64,000 bases of DNA from Armatimonadota bacterium (GTDB lineage: Bacteria; Armatimonadota; HRBIN16), in assembly GCA_963677485.1 (NCBI GenBank), contig OY781964.1, positions 4,640,001 through 4,704,000 of the forward strand, in the 5' to 3' direction. This document shows, one piece after another, positions 10,395-19,118 of the stretch; the stretch's first letter is position 1, and the number at the start of each line of letters is the position of its first letter. A program made the position numbers and the translations under genes. The notes below the pieces were generated by a model that ran no database searches, was not told the origin of the DNA, and saw nothing but the letters and a program-made list of their open reading frames with translations.

Positions 10395-11075
10395 TTAGTG
10401 TGCCATGTTCCAGATTGGATTGATAAAGCCGTAAAATGCCAACCAACCGAACCCGGTAAGCAACACGAATAGTCCTGTGCAAACTGCAGCGCACTTATTT
10501 TGAGATTCTTCGGTGAGTGTGATGCCCCAGCGGATGCAGAAGGCCCATATACCGTTGCTCAAGTGATAAGTAGCGGCAGTGATACCCAGAATGTAGATCG
10601 CTGCGATCAGTGGGTTTTGGAACTTCTCGTGCATACCTGCGTATTTGATGCTATCTAATCCTGCACCGAAATATTTGGCCATCAGTGTGGTTGTAAATAC
10701 GTGGTAGGTAATGTAGAGCACCAAGAAGATGCCACTGACTCGCTGAAATACATATGCGAGGTTTCGTTTGTATGTGTAGTTTTGGTAGTTCATCGTGCCA
10801 TGTGAGGTGATCAGCAACCCGTATGCTGTGTGAAACAGCAGTGGCAGGAAGATGATTCCGACCTCCATAAGCATAAAGATATGCCTTGGAATTATCTCGA
10901 AAAATTCGATGACGGCGTTGAAATTCTTCGCGCCTGTCAACGAAAAAGAGTTTAACACAAGATGCTGCACTACAAAAAATCCCACTGGTATGATACCGGT
11001 GAGCGAGTGCAGCTTATGTAACAGGTAGTTATCCGAAGCGACTAACGACCTGCGAAATTCAACTGCAGATGCCAT
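10395..11075 (-). CDS. sdhC: Succinate dehydrogenase cytochrome b558 subunit
   Basis: KLHSLTGIIP, five TM helices with His ligands, YHLSNG, RWGIT; lies upstream of sdhAB. Confidence 0.93.
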   Translation of the reverse strand: MASAVEFRRSLVASDNYLLHKLHSLTGIIPVGFFVVQHLVLNSFSLTGAKNFNAVIEFFEIIPRHIFMLMEVGIIFLPLLFHTAYGLLITSHGTMNYQNYTYKRNLAYVFQRVSGIFLVLYITYHVFTTTLMAKYFGAGLDSIKYAGMHEKFQNPLIAAIYILGITAATYHLSNGIWAFCIRWGITLTEESQNKCAAVCTGLFVLLTGFGWLAFYGFINPIWNMAH

Positions 11076-11139
11076 GTGGATCCCTCGATTTCTGTTGAGG
11101 TTAAGTTGATGAAGGCTATTTGAGCACTCCATCCATCAC

Positions 11140-11168
11140 ATTATAACGAACCTGACCCTTTTGTCCAA
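11140..11168 (-). promoter_or_regulatory. Sigma70-type promoter of sdhCAB
   Basis: TTGGAC-17 bp-TATAAT on the minus strand. Confidence 0.5.
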
Positions 11169-11341
11169 AATTGTACCCTATTATGGCTCTTTTTGAGCGG
11201 CTCATTATGATTGTTTGGTATTGAATTTCGCAATATCAATCGCGAATTTTGCGTAGTACGCCGCTTCAGCTATTGTGAGATATTGCTGGTTATTGCCCGT
11301 AATATGCGGTATGATACAGTAAAACTAATGCGGAGGCGACT

Positions 11342-12232
11342 ATGATTTCATCACAAATCCCCGTGATTCTCGATACCGATATCGGCGGTGACATCGACGA
11401 TGCGCTGTGCCTGGCCTACCTTCTTCGACAGCCCAAGTGCGATTTGCTAGGTATTACGACGGTCTCCGGCGACACTATCACTCGAGCGAAACTGGCAAGT
11501 TGCATCTGTCAACGAGTAAAGCGTGATGATATTCCCATTTATGCCGGAGCACCTATGCCATTGATCGGACCACAACTGCAGGTCAAAGTCCCGCAGGCTA
11601 CCGCGCTAGAGCAATGGAGTCACAAGCAGGATTTTTCCGAAAATAGTGCGCTTATCTACCTCAGAGACACCATCCGCAGCCGCCCAGGTGAGATCTCCTT
11701 GCTGACCATCGGCCCACTCACCAACATAGGTTTGCTGTTTTCGCTTTATCCAGATGTCGCGAAGAAGCTAAAACGGCTGGTTTCGATGTGCGGCTGCTAT
11801 TACGATAAGGAACAGCCACGACTCAACGAATGGAACGCAAAAGTGGACTACACCGCTACGGATATCGTGTATCGTACCGCAGTGAAGGAACATATGTCTG
11901 TCGGGTTTGATGTCACGAGGCAGTGTGTGATCAGCGGCGATGAGGCACGCAAGATGATTCGCGGCGGAGTTCTTGATCCAGTGGCTGATATGGCATCCGT
12001 TTGGTTGAAAGAGGCGGGGAATGTGACCTTCCACGACCCGCTCACGGCCGCTCTTCTTTTCGAACCATCGCTGTGTGGAATGAAAAGAGGCGAGTGTACG
12101 GTGGATGCATCATCTACACCAACTGGGGGTGTGACCAACTGGCACGAAAGCAGCCGAGGCCGTCACACAGTCGCGGCAACAGTCGATTCAAAAAGGTTCC
12201 TTGATCACTACTTTTCGGTGACTAAAGGGTAA
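11342..12232 (+). CDS. Inosine/uridine-preferring nucleoside hydrolase
   Basis: ILDTDIGGDIDDA, IGPLTN, EWN, HDP motifs. Confidence 0.93.
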   Translation: MISSQIPVILDTDIGGDIDDALCLAYLLRQPKCDLLGITTVSGDTITRAKLASCICQRVKRDDIPIYAGAPMPLIGPQLQVKVPQATALEQWSHKQDFSENSALIYLRDTIRSRPGEISLLTIGPLTNIGLLFSLYPDVAKKLKRLVSMCGCYYDKEQPRLNEWNAKVDYTATDIVYRTAVKEHMSVGFDVTRQCVISGDEARKMIRGGVLDPVADMASVWLKEAGNVTFHDPLTAALLFEPSLCGMKRGECTVDASSTPTGGVTNWHESSRGRHTVAATVDSKRFLDHYFSVTKG

Positions 12233-12511
12233 GCACCTGCGCGTGTATTCACGGCAGCCCAGGTTGTAACTGATATTATCGGGACGTTTCTTGTGGGCGC
12301 CCCGATCGCTGTAAGCCTCTGTTGCAGCCATGCGTTGCCTATGTCCGGGGCGGTCTGTGCGTAGGCTAGCGGATGCCGAAGGCTCGAGACCGCGCCGGTC
12401 TGGCGGACAGCCTCCCTGGGTTGATTTCGGGAACAAGACCGGCGCGGTCTATAGACAGTTTCCACCGCAGGCGTACTGACAGACCGCCCCGGACATAGCC
12501 AACCTAGTTAC
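12229..12511. repeat. Dispersed nested-palindrome repeat, copy 1 (REP/REPIN- or MITE-like)
   Basis: Core 12334-12503 aligns without gaps to 63621-63790 (18 mismatches in 170 by hand count). Outer 20-bp and inner 15-bp perfect inverted repeats. Confidence 0.92.
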
Positions 12512-12566
12512 TTTCACGATGACCTGTTGATGCTAGATAATCAGGCTGAGTTTTGCTCAGCACCGA

Positions 12567-13001
12567 TTATTGGCCCTTCTCCGGTGTCGTGGCGATACCC
12601 AGCCACCTGTGGGCGATCACCACTGCGGCGTATCCATCAATCGGCACTTTTGGGCACAGCCAGCTTATGGGTAACAGGCACAGACAGCCTTTCGGTGGAT
12701 GGTATTTGTAGTAAACCGCCTTTGCCATTTCAGAACTGCTCCGCTCATTGACCATCTCATATGCGGGAAATACAATGCCCAAAATGGTCTTTAAAGCCTT
12801 ATGGCCCGTACCATTTCCCATCACGACAGCACTTGGCGTATATTTTTGTTGCCACATAGTGCAATATTCTGCGATTTGCTCTGCTGGAATCACAAGCACA
12901 TCGATGGGTTTACCATCGCTGTCAACAACCGCTATTCCGCATTTAGAGGTGCCAGGATCTATTGCAAACACACGTCCTGAAAATTCATCAGCATTACTCA
13001 A
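12567..13001 (-). CDS. YqgF/RuvX-like RNase H-fold nuclease
   Basis: FAIDPGTSKCGIAV, MGNGT, VNERSSS, IDGYAAVVIA. Confidence 0.8.
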   Translation of the reverse strand: MSNADEFSGRVFAIDPGTSKCGIAVVDSDGKPIDVLVIPAEQIAEYCTMWQQKYTPSAVVMGNGTGHKALKTILGIVFPAYEMVNERSSSEMAKAVYYKYHPPKGCLCLLPISWLCPKVPIDGYAAVVIAHRWLGIATTPEKGQ

Positions 13002-14542
13002 GGTACCAGTCTCAGGCGTATTCGTAATTCATCACCAGTGTAGGTATCTTTTTTCGCCGTAAAGGAGATTTCAGCTTTGCGGGCAAGACCAGAGTATTTC
13101 AATTGCTGCACCATTTCGGCCAGGTCTTCGTTGGGCAGGTCGCCTACTGAGCTTGATCCAGCACTTCCGATGACTGGCAAAATGCCAGCCTGGACGGCAC
13201 GGCTTTTGACTTCCGTTAGCAAGAATTGGACTATCTGGTTGGACAACACTCCAGCATTTACGCCGGTAAACAGCTTCATTCTGGCGATCTCTTGACCGCT
13301 TTTGAATACCAGTTGGTTTCGGTAAGGTAAGAGCTCGATGGGCACAGGCTCACCTGCATAGCTGTTCCGAATACTTGAAGCCACGACTAGCACCGGCTCA
13401 TTGGAGGTGGCAATCTGCATAGACAAAGCTCGGATGCTCTCCCACTCGTCAGCCACCAGCTCCGATGTGCTTTGATCACTTGTGGTCATAGTGATCTTCT
13501 TGACAGGCATATAGGCTGCTCGCCAAGAGTCGCTTTTTGCGGCCCCTCGAGCCTCGGCAGCCCATCCAGCCTCAACCAGCAGTCTTTGAAGCTCCTGGCG
13601 TATGCGTTTGACGCCAATCTTGTTGTCGACGATCCGTCGGAACACCTCTTGACCACGCTCGAAAACTAACGGGCTGGAGGTCTTTCCGATGAGCGTGTTG
13701 ACTGCTGCCCGCAACTGAGTTTCCTGCTTTGATAAGGTTGCGATGGTATCATCAAGTTCTTTGAGCTGCGATTGGAGCTCTGCACTGCGATCAGCCAGCT
13801 CCTTACCTTCGGCACGCAATTTCTGATCGTGATCATTCAGCTCTTTGTTTTTTGATTCCAGCTCAAGGTTTTTGCTCTGCATCTCAATGTTTTGCCTGGA
13901 GCTGAGGCGGTTTGATTCAAGGAACCGGGAGTTCTGCGCCATTAAGAAATCGCTGCTGGCTTTCAGTTTAGTGGCCGCTCGCTTAAGCAATTCGGATTCC
14001 GAAACAAGCATCTTGTTACGGACAGCCAGTTGTCCGAGGCGCTCTTGCTGGCTGCGGATTTGGCTGTTGAGTTGGACTTCAGTACCTTTAAGTTTTGAAA
14101 TCTGTTCGTTACGTAACGATAATTCCTTATTAGCATCGGCCAGCATATCAATTTGCTTCTTTAGCAGGATGCCGTTATTACGCAGTTTTTCGGTCTGAGC
14201 ACGAAGTTTATCGTTGATTTTAGATAACTCAGAGGTGATCTGGATATATCGCGTGCTGAGTTTAGAGTATTTTGTCTCTGTTTGTTTTAGCAGCTTGAAG
14301 GTCTGCTCACCACGGAAGATGATGTCGCGAAACTCCGCGACTGAGCCCAAAATGATACCCCATGACAGGATCGAAATGAGTGCTCCCGTGATTGCAGTGA
14401 CAATCATAGCAGTATATCTTGGACGGAACCCCCATATACTCAGCTTCCGTCTGCCAAGTGTGCGGCCCAGCCAGTCACCTAAATAGGCGATAAAGCCAGA
14501 TAGGAGTACGACTATGATTCCAACGACGAGAGTAATGGGCAT
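12998..14542 (-). CDS. DUF3084-family membrane-anchored coiled-coil protein
   Basis: GFIAYLGDWLGRTLGRRKLSIWGFRPRYTA N-terminus, long coiled coil, located in the lpt operon. Confidence 0.85.
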   Translation of the reverse strand: MPITLVVGIIVVLLSGFIAYLGDWLGRTLGRRKLSIWGFRPRYTAMIVTAITGALISILSWGIILGSVAEFRDIIFRGEQTFKLLKQTETKYSKLSTRYIQITSELSKINDKLRAQTEKLRNNGILLKKQIDMLADANKELSLRNEQISKLKGTEVQLNSQIRSQQERLGQLAVRNKMLVSESELLKRAATKLKASSDFLMAQNSRFLESNRLSSRQNIEMQSKNLELESKNKELNDHDQKLRAEGKELADRSAELQSQLKELDDTIATLSKQETQLRAAVNTLIGKTSSPLVFERGQEVFRRIVDNKIGVKRIRQELQRLLVEAGWAAEARGAAKSDSWRAAYMPVKKITMTTSDQSTSELVADEWESIRALSMQIATSNEPVLVVASSIRNSYAGEPVPIELLPYRNQLVFKSGQEIARMKLFTGVNAGVLSNQIVQFLLTEVKSRAVQAGILPVIGSAGSSSVGDLPNEDLAEMVQQLKYSGLARKAEISFTAKKDTYTGDELRIRLRLVP

Positions 14543-14550
14543 CTAGTTGA

Positions 14551-15663
14551 TCACCGGCTTTTCTGCTTTAAGAAATATATCGCCGCAACCAGTCCAAGGA
14601 AGTCCGGAAGGAATGCAGCTAAAACCGGGTGCATTGTGCCATCTTTTCCCAAAATATACAAATATTCGTAAAGTGTCCAGTATAGGAATATCACCACAAT
14701 ACTGGTGGCGAAACCAGCAGCGGCTGAGGCCCGTTGCCTTCTGATGGCAAGGGGAGCTCCGACGATGCCGAAGATGAAGCTAGCCAGCGGCAAGCTGATT
14801 TTGTTCAGCAACTCGACCAGGAGTTTACTGGTGTCTTCCCCGGCTTTGTTGTATTTACGAATGCGCCTTAAGGTCTCTTTGAAACTGCGGGCATCAGGAT
14901 CGGGAACTAAATCTTCTTCAAGCTGTTGTAAAGATTTGTTGACACCGGCCTTCAGTTCACGGGTGCTTGTGTAGGCAAAATCCACCCGAACCTTGCCATC
15001 AGCCGTCTCCCAATAGCCGTTCTCCAGGTTCCATTCGATTCCGCTGATCCATTTCGCCCGCTGTGCCACGACGGTAAACTGTGGCAACCATCGCCCGTTC
15101 ACCGGAGCGTATTGCGTCACGGTGACATCATACAGAAGGCCGGCTTCCAGGTCAACTCCACCTTGAGCAACGATATTGGTCCGTATTTTGCCATCCTCAA
15201 GCACCGTCTGGTTGACAGCCCGCGTGCGGTCGCCAACCTGCTTTATGATGGCGGTTTTGAGGCGCCACATTTCTGCGGTTGCTTTTGGAACGGCATATTC
15301 GTAGAACAGCATGGCGACCATACTGACAGCCAGACCGAAAATCGCCACGGGCATCATGATGCGTTTCAAGCTGTATCCTGAGGCGTAGATGGCCACCAGT
15401 TCGCTCTCGCCAGAGAATCGGCCAAAGGCAAGCAAACTGGCAAGAAGCATCCCCATTGGGAATGTCTTGACAATCACCGCAGGCAGGCTGAGTAAAATCA
15501 GCTTAGTGATCAGTGCTGGCGATGCTCCCTTGACCATATACTCGGCGATCGAGAACAGGTTTGTTCCTGCAAAGAACAGTGCGGTAAACATCATAATGCC
15601 GAAAAAGAATGGCGAGATGAGCTCTTGCAGCACCAGTTTGTCGACAACCTTAAGCCGGATCAT
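14551..15663 (-). CDS. LptF/LptG-family LPS export permease
   Basis: PMGMLLASLLAFGRFSGESELVAIYASG, KISLPLAS, six TM helices. Confidence 0.92.
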   Translation of the reverse strand: MIRLKVVDKLVLQELISPFFFGIMMFTALFFAGTNLFSIAEYMVKGASPALITKLILLSLPAVIVKTFPMGMLLASLLAFGRFSGESELVAIYASGYSLKRIMMPVAIFGLAVSMVAMLFYEYAVPKATAEMWRLKTAIIKQVGDRTRAVNQTVLEDGKIRTNIVAQGGVDLEAGLLYDVTVTQYAPVNGRWLPQFTVVAQRAKWISGIEWNLENGYWETADGKVRVDFAYTSTRELKAGVNKSLQQLEEDLVPDPDARSFKETLRRIRKYNKAGEDTSKLLVELLNKISLPLASFIFGIVGAPLAIRRQRASAAAGFATSIVVIFLYWTLYEYLYILGKDGTMHPVLAAFLPDFLGLVAAIYFLKQKSR

Positions 15664-16391
15664 ATATTATCGTATTCCTGGCCAAGATAGAACTGTCGTG
15701 CGATGGGGTTTTGGGGCAAATCTTCAGAGGCGCCTTCCGTGACGATATTGCCTTCGGCGATAATATAGGCGCGGTCAGTAATTCGAAGAGTGGCCCGGAC
15801 ATTGTGGTCCGTGATCAAAATCCCGATGCCGAGTTTCTCTCGCAACGACGCGATGATCTTCTGTAAATCCGCGATGGCTATAGGGTCCACCCCTGTGAAA
15901 GGCTCATCCAGCAGGATAAACTGGGGGGCAGCGGCGATGGCTCGTGCTATCTCAACGCGCCGACGTTCGCCACCAGAGAGCACATAAGCTGGTGATGTCC
16001 GCAGACGAGTGATGTGGAAGTCCTCCAGCAGCATGTCTATCTGCTTTTGTGCTTCCGCATTCTCAACACCGCGGGCTTGAAGCACTAGCCGCAGATTGTC
16101 TTCGACCGTCAGTTTACGAAACACTGATGGTTCCTGGGCTAGATATCCCAATCCCATTCTGGCTCGAGCAAACATGGGTTGGCTGGTGATGTCTTTGTTA
16201 TCTAAAAAGACACGTCCAGATGTTGGCTGCACCAGTCCAATTGTCATGTAAAATGATGTTGTTTTACCGGCTCCATTGGGTCCTAAAAGACCAACAATTT
16301 CGCCGGTCGTCATGCTAAAGCTGACTCCGTTAACAACCTTACGACCTTTATATACCTTGACTAGCTCTTCAACGCGCAGGCTTACGGTCAT
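15660..16391 (-). CDS. lptB: LPS export ABC transporter ATPase
   Basis: GPNGAGKTT, GYLAQEPSVF, LSGGERRRVEIARA, DEPFTGVDP, TDHNVR. Confidence 0.96.
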   Translation of the reverse strand: MTVSLRVEELVKVYKGRKVVNGVSFSMTTGEIVGLLGPNGAGKTTSFYMTIGLVQPTSGRVFLDNKDITSQPMFARARMGLGYLAQEPSVFRKLTVEDNLRLVLQARGVENAEAQKQIDMLLEDFHITRLRTSPAYVLSGGERRRVEIARAIAAAPQFILLDEPFTGVDPIAIADLQKIIASLREKLGIGILITDHNVRATLRITDRAYIIAEGNIVTEGASEDLPQNPIARQFYLGQEYDNI

Positions 16392-16957
16392 TTCTTTATG
16401 GTGGATCCTTTCGAGGAGTAGGTGGCCTCTGTCTGTTCTTCGGCACCTGACAGTGTCACGCTCTCAATCACGACATTACCGTTGACCATAGCAAGATCAA
16501 TCGTGCCAGACGAGCCTTTCTGTGTGACCGTGAAGTCGGCTTCTTCCACAGATATCACCAGCCCACCTTTAAGCAGGATCTTAGGTGATGTGGCGTCGCC
16601 AATGTATTCGGCACTGCCGGAAGTACCTTTAGCTTTGCGGTTTTGTTTCGTGTCCGTCAGCGATATCTCAACCGTGCCAGTCGCTATGGCGTTATCAATC
16701 CTCGCCTTACCTGCGGCAGGAGCTTGCGAGACGATCTGAATCTTCTGAGCTGTCATGCGTAAGGTGCCGTCATTGCGTTCCAATACCACACGCGTGCCTG
16801 TCACTTCCACATGGATGACTTTATCGGCACCATATGTAGTTTTAATATCTTTGTATTTTGAGAGCCTAAAACTGCCCACTGTGGCTTGCGCATGTGATAC
16901 AACCGCCATGACGAGCAGAGCGGCAATAAGTGGCAATATCTGAATGAGTTTACGCAT
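16388..16957 (-). CDS. LptA/OstA-like periplasmic protein
   Basis: Signal peptide, beta-rich sequence (AIATGTVEI), position between lptC-like and lptB, GGAGG RBS. Confidence 0.7.
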   Translation of the reverse strand: MRKLIQILPLIAALLVMAVVSHAQATVGSFRLSKYKDIKTTYGADKVIHVEVTGTRVVLERNDGTLRMTAQKIQIVSQAPAAGKARIDNAIATGTVEISLTDTKQNRKAKGTSGSAEYIGDATSPKILLKGGLVISVEEADFTVTQKGSSGTIDLAMVNGNVVIESVTLSGAEEQTEATYSSKGSTIKK

Positions 16958-16973
16958 TGTGTCCTCCAAAAAT

Positions 16974-17510
16974 TTACGGATTGGTCAGGTGCATCGAAGT
17001 GAAATCCGTATTCAACTCCATACGCGCTCCTCGAACATCGAAGCCTTCGCCGGCCAATCTCACCGAGCCCTCAGCAATGATCTTGTGCTTGCTTGCAATC
17101 CACGTCGCACGGTCGGCACTCAAGGTGACCTGGTTTACCAGAGAGGTTGCTTTAACCCCTCCAGAAGCTACTATTTCATACTTGTCACGGTCGGCGATCA
17201 CTGATGCCGCTTGTAACCTGCTGGCAGCTTTACCTGCCTTATCAAACAGTGTACAATCAACCCCTTCAAACCGCCCACTTGAACTTCCTGTCAGTGCCTC
17301 ACCCTGTAATCCCACGCCATTTTTGGCCGTTGCGGTCCAGACCTGACGGCTGGGAGAGCCTGGTATTCGCCAGTTAACGACGATATGACGAGTAGCAACC
17401 TGCAATCTCAGCTCAGGCGGTTTGGCCGTCTTCGCAGGATTCCGAGGTTGCTTATTGCATCCGCACATCAGTACGGCGATAATAATGACGAGTGTGGCTA
17501 TGATTCGCAT
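16974..17510 (-). CDS. LptC-like protein
   Basis: N-terminal hydrophobic anchor with lipobox-like LMCGC, beta-jellyroll-like sequence, first gene of the lpt operon; start codon uncertain. Confidence 0.7.
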   Translation of the reverse strand: MRIIATLVIIIAVLMCGCNKQPRNPAKTAKPPELRLQVATRHIVVNWRIPGSPSRQVWTATAKNGVGLQGEALTGSSSGRFEGVDCTLFDKAGKAASRLQAASVIADRDKYEIVASGGVKATSLVNQVTLSADRATWIASKHKIIAEGSVRLAGEGFDVRGARMELNTDFTSMHLTNP

Positions 17511-17567
17511 ACTTATACAGTTTACATTATCGGAGCTCATGAGGGTCAGCATGTTTGGTCATAAGAG

Positions 17568-19118
17568 ATGACTGCAGGAAGCATACATGAGTTACCCAGG
17601 CGATTCGCCCTGCGTCAATTCTCGCAGGGTCTGCAGCAGCTCAATGCCCGTCCAGCAGTTGAGGCTGGTATAGGGCTGGTTGTCGGTCTGGCGATATCGC
17701 TGGACAGCGAACCCGTCATGAGCGCGACGTGGTGCGTTGTGGTAGCCGCGGCTTTATTCGCTAGTGCGCAACTACTTCGGGTCCGCCTGCCTCTTCTTCT
17801 GCTCGCCGGTGTGATTGCTGGCATAGTTCTGGGTATACCTCAATCGATCATTTCGCGATACCAGATGGCAAATGCCAAACCCGGCTCTGGTGTCATAGTG
17901 GGTGTGATCACCGCAGAACCATCTGTCTATACGCGTCCGATGCAGTTTACCCTTACCGTGTGTGATTCGAAATGCGCACTCCCCGCGGGCATGAGACTTC
18001 GAGTCAGCTCATACAGCCTTCAACGTGACATTTACCCTGGTCAAGTCATACGGTGTCGTCTAGCCTGGCATCGTGCCGGGAAAAGCGGCTATGATCGCTG
18101 GTTGTGGCTGCGTGGCATCTACCTCAAAGCCGGGCTTGTTTCAGATGACATTGAAATAATCGCAGAGAACCCCCTTCGGAAGCACATCAGCCAAATGCGC
18201 AGACGGTGCCTCGATGGGCTAAATCGGGTGTTACCAAGAAGCCGACGAGGAATGGTCAAGGGCATCGCGCTGGGTGATACTTCGGATTTATCTTTCGGCG
18301 AGAAGCGTGCCTTGGCGGATACTGGAGCCATCCATATTTTGTCACCGAGCGGGCTGCATGTCTCGATTGTTTTTGGATTTGTGTGGATCACGATAGGTTT
18401 GGCTTCCAGGAGTCGGTCTGTGCGTATTGTGTTCAGCATCATGGCCGTATGGCTTTACGCGCTTATCTGCGGAGCCGAAGCACCAGCGGTGAGAAGTGCG
18501 ATTATGTGCTCTGTTGCTGGCCTAGCTCAGTGGTCACATCGTGATCGAGATGCGTTGAGTGCCTGCGCCGTCGCCGCGATGATGATATTGGTCTGCAATC
18601 CCATGAGCTTGATAGATCCATCTTTCCAGATGTCGTTCGTCATGGTGAGTTTTGTGCTGGTGATCTCATCTGTTGTGATGAACCACCATAGATATATCGC
18701 CGATATACTACCACGGATGAAGCGAAAGCTAGTTGACTTGTTTGTCGCTGGTGTGCTGTGTGCCATGGCGGCTGCACCGCTCAGCGCTTTCTATTTTGAA
18801 CGTGTATCGATGATCAGTCCTGTCACAAACATTGCGATATCAGCTCCTGTCGCAGTGATCACCTGTGTGGCCCCGTTGGCGGGCTGGGCGTCCAATATGG
18901 GCATCAGTGATCCTGTGGACTCACTAGCTGGCGGAATTCTTGGCTTTTGTGCGGCTTGGATTGGTCGTGTCGTTGAGTTCTGTCACAGCCTTCCAGCAAA
19001 CAGCCTGAAGATGCGCGCACCCTCGGCAACGATGTTGATTGTATACTACATTTGTTACCTTGCGTTATTATTATTAATTAAGTCGAGAAGGGACAGGGTG
19101 AAGGCGGTTGCTGCATAA
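17568..19118 (+). CDS. comEC: ComEC/Rec2 competence membrane protein (no C-terminal beta-lactamase domain)
   Basis: GAIHILSPSGLHVS, PAVRSAIM, DPSFQMSF; start uncertain. Confidence 0.88.
   Translation: MTAGSIHELPRRFALRQFSQGLQQLNARPAVEAGIGLVVGLAISLDSEPVMSATWCVVVAAALFASAQLLRVRLPLLLLAGVIAGIVLGIPQSIISRYQMANAKPGSGVIVGVITAEPSVYTRPMQFTLTVCDSKCALPAGMRLRVSSYSLQRDIYPGQVIRCRLAWHRAGKSGYDRWLWLRGIYLKAGLVSDDIEIIAENPLRKHISQMRRRCLDGLNRVLPRSRRGMVKGIALGDTSDLSFGEKRALADTGAIHILSPSGLHVSIVFGFVWITIGLASRSRSVRIVFSIMAVWLYALICGAEAPAVRSAIMCSVAGLAQWSHRDRDALSACAVAAMMILVCNPMSLIDPSFQMSFVMVSFVLVISSVVMNHHRYIADILPRMKRKLVDLFVAGVLCAMAAAPLSAFYFERVSMISPVTNIAISAPVAVITCVAPLAGWASNMGISDPVDSLAGGILGFCAAWIGRVVEFCHSLPANSLKMRAPSATMLIVYYICYLALLLLIKSRRDRVKAVAA

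Noticed and set aside
12188-12465. Short ORFs over the repeat; CRISPR interpretation of the repeat
   Set aside because: The ORFs are not supported by RBS or motifs. The repeats are inverted and nested rather than direct with spacers, and no cas genes are present.
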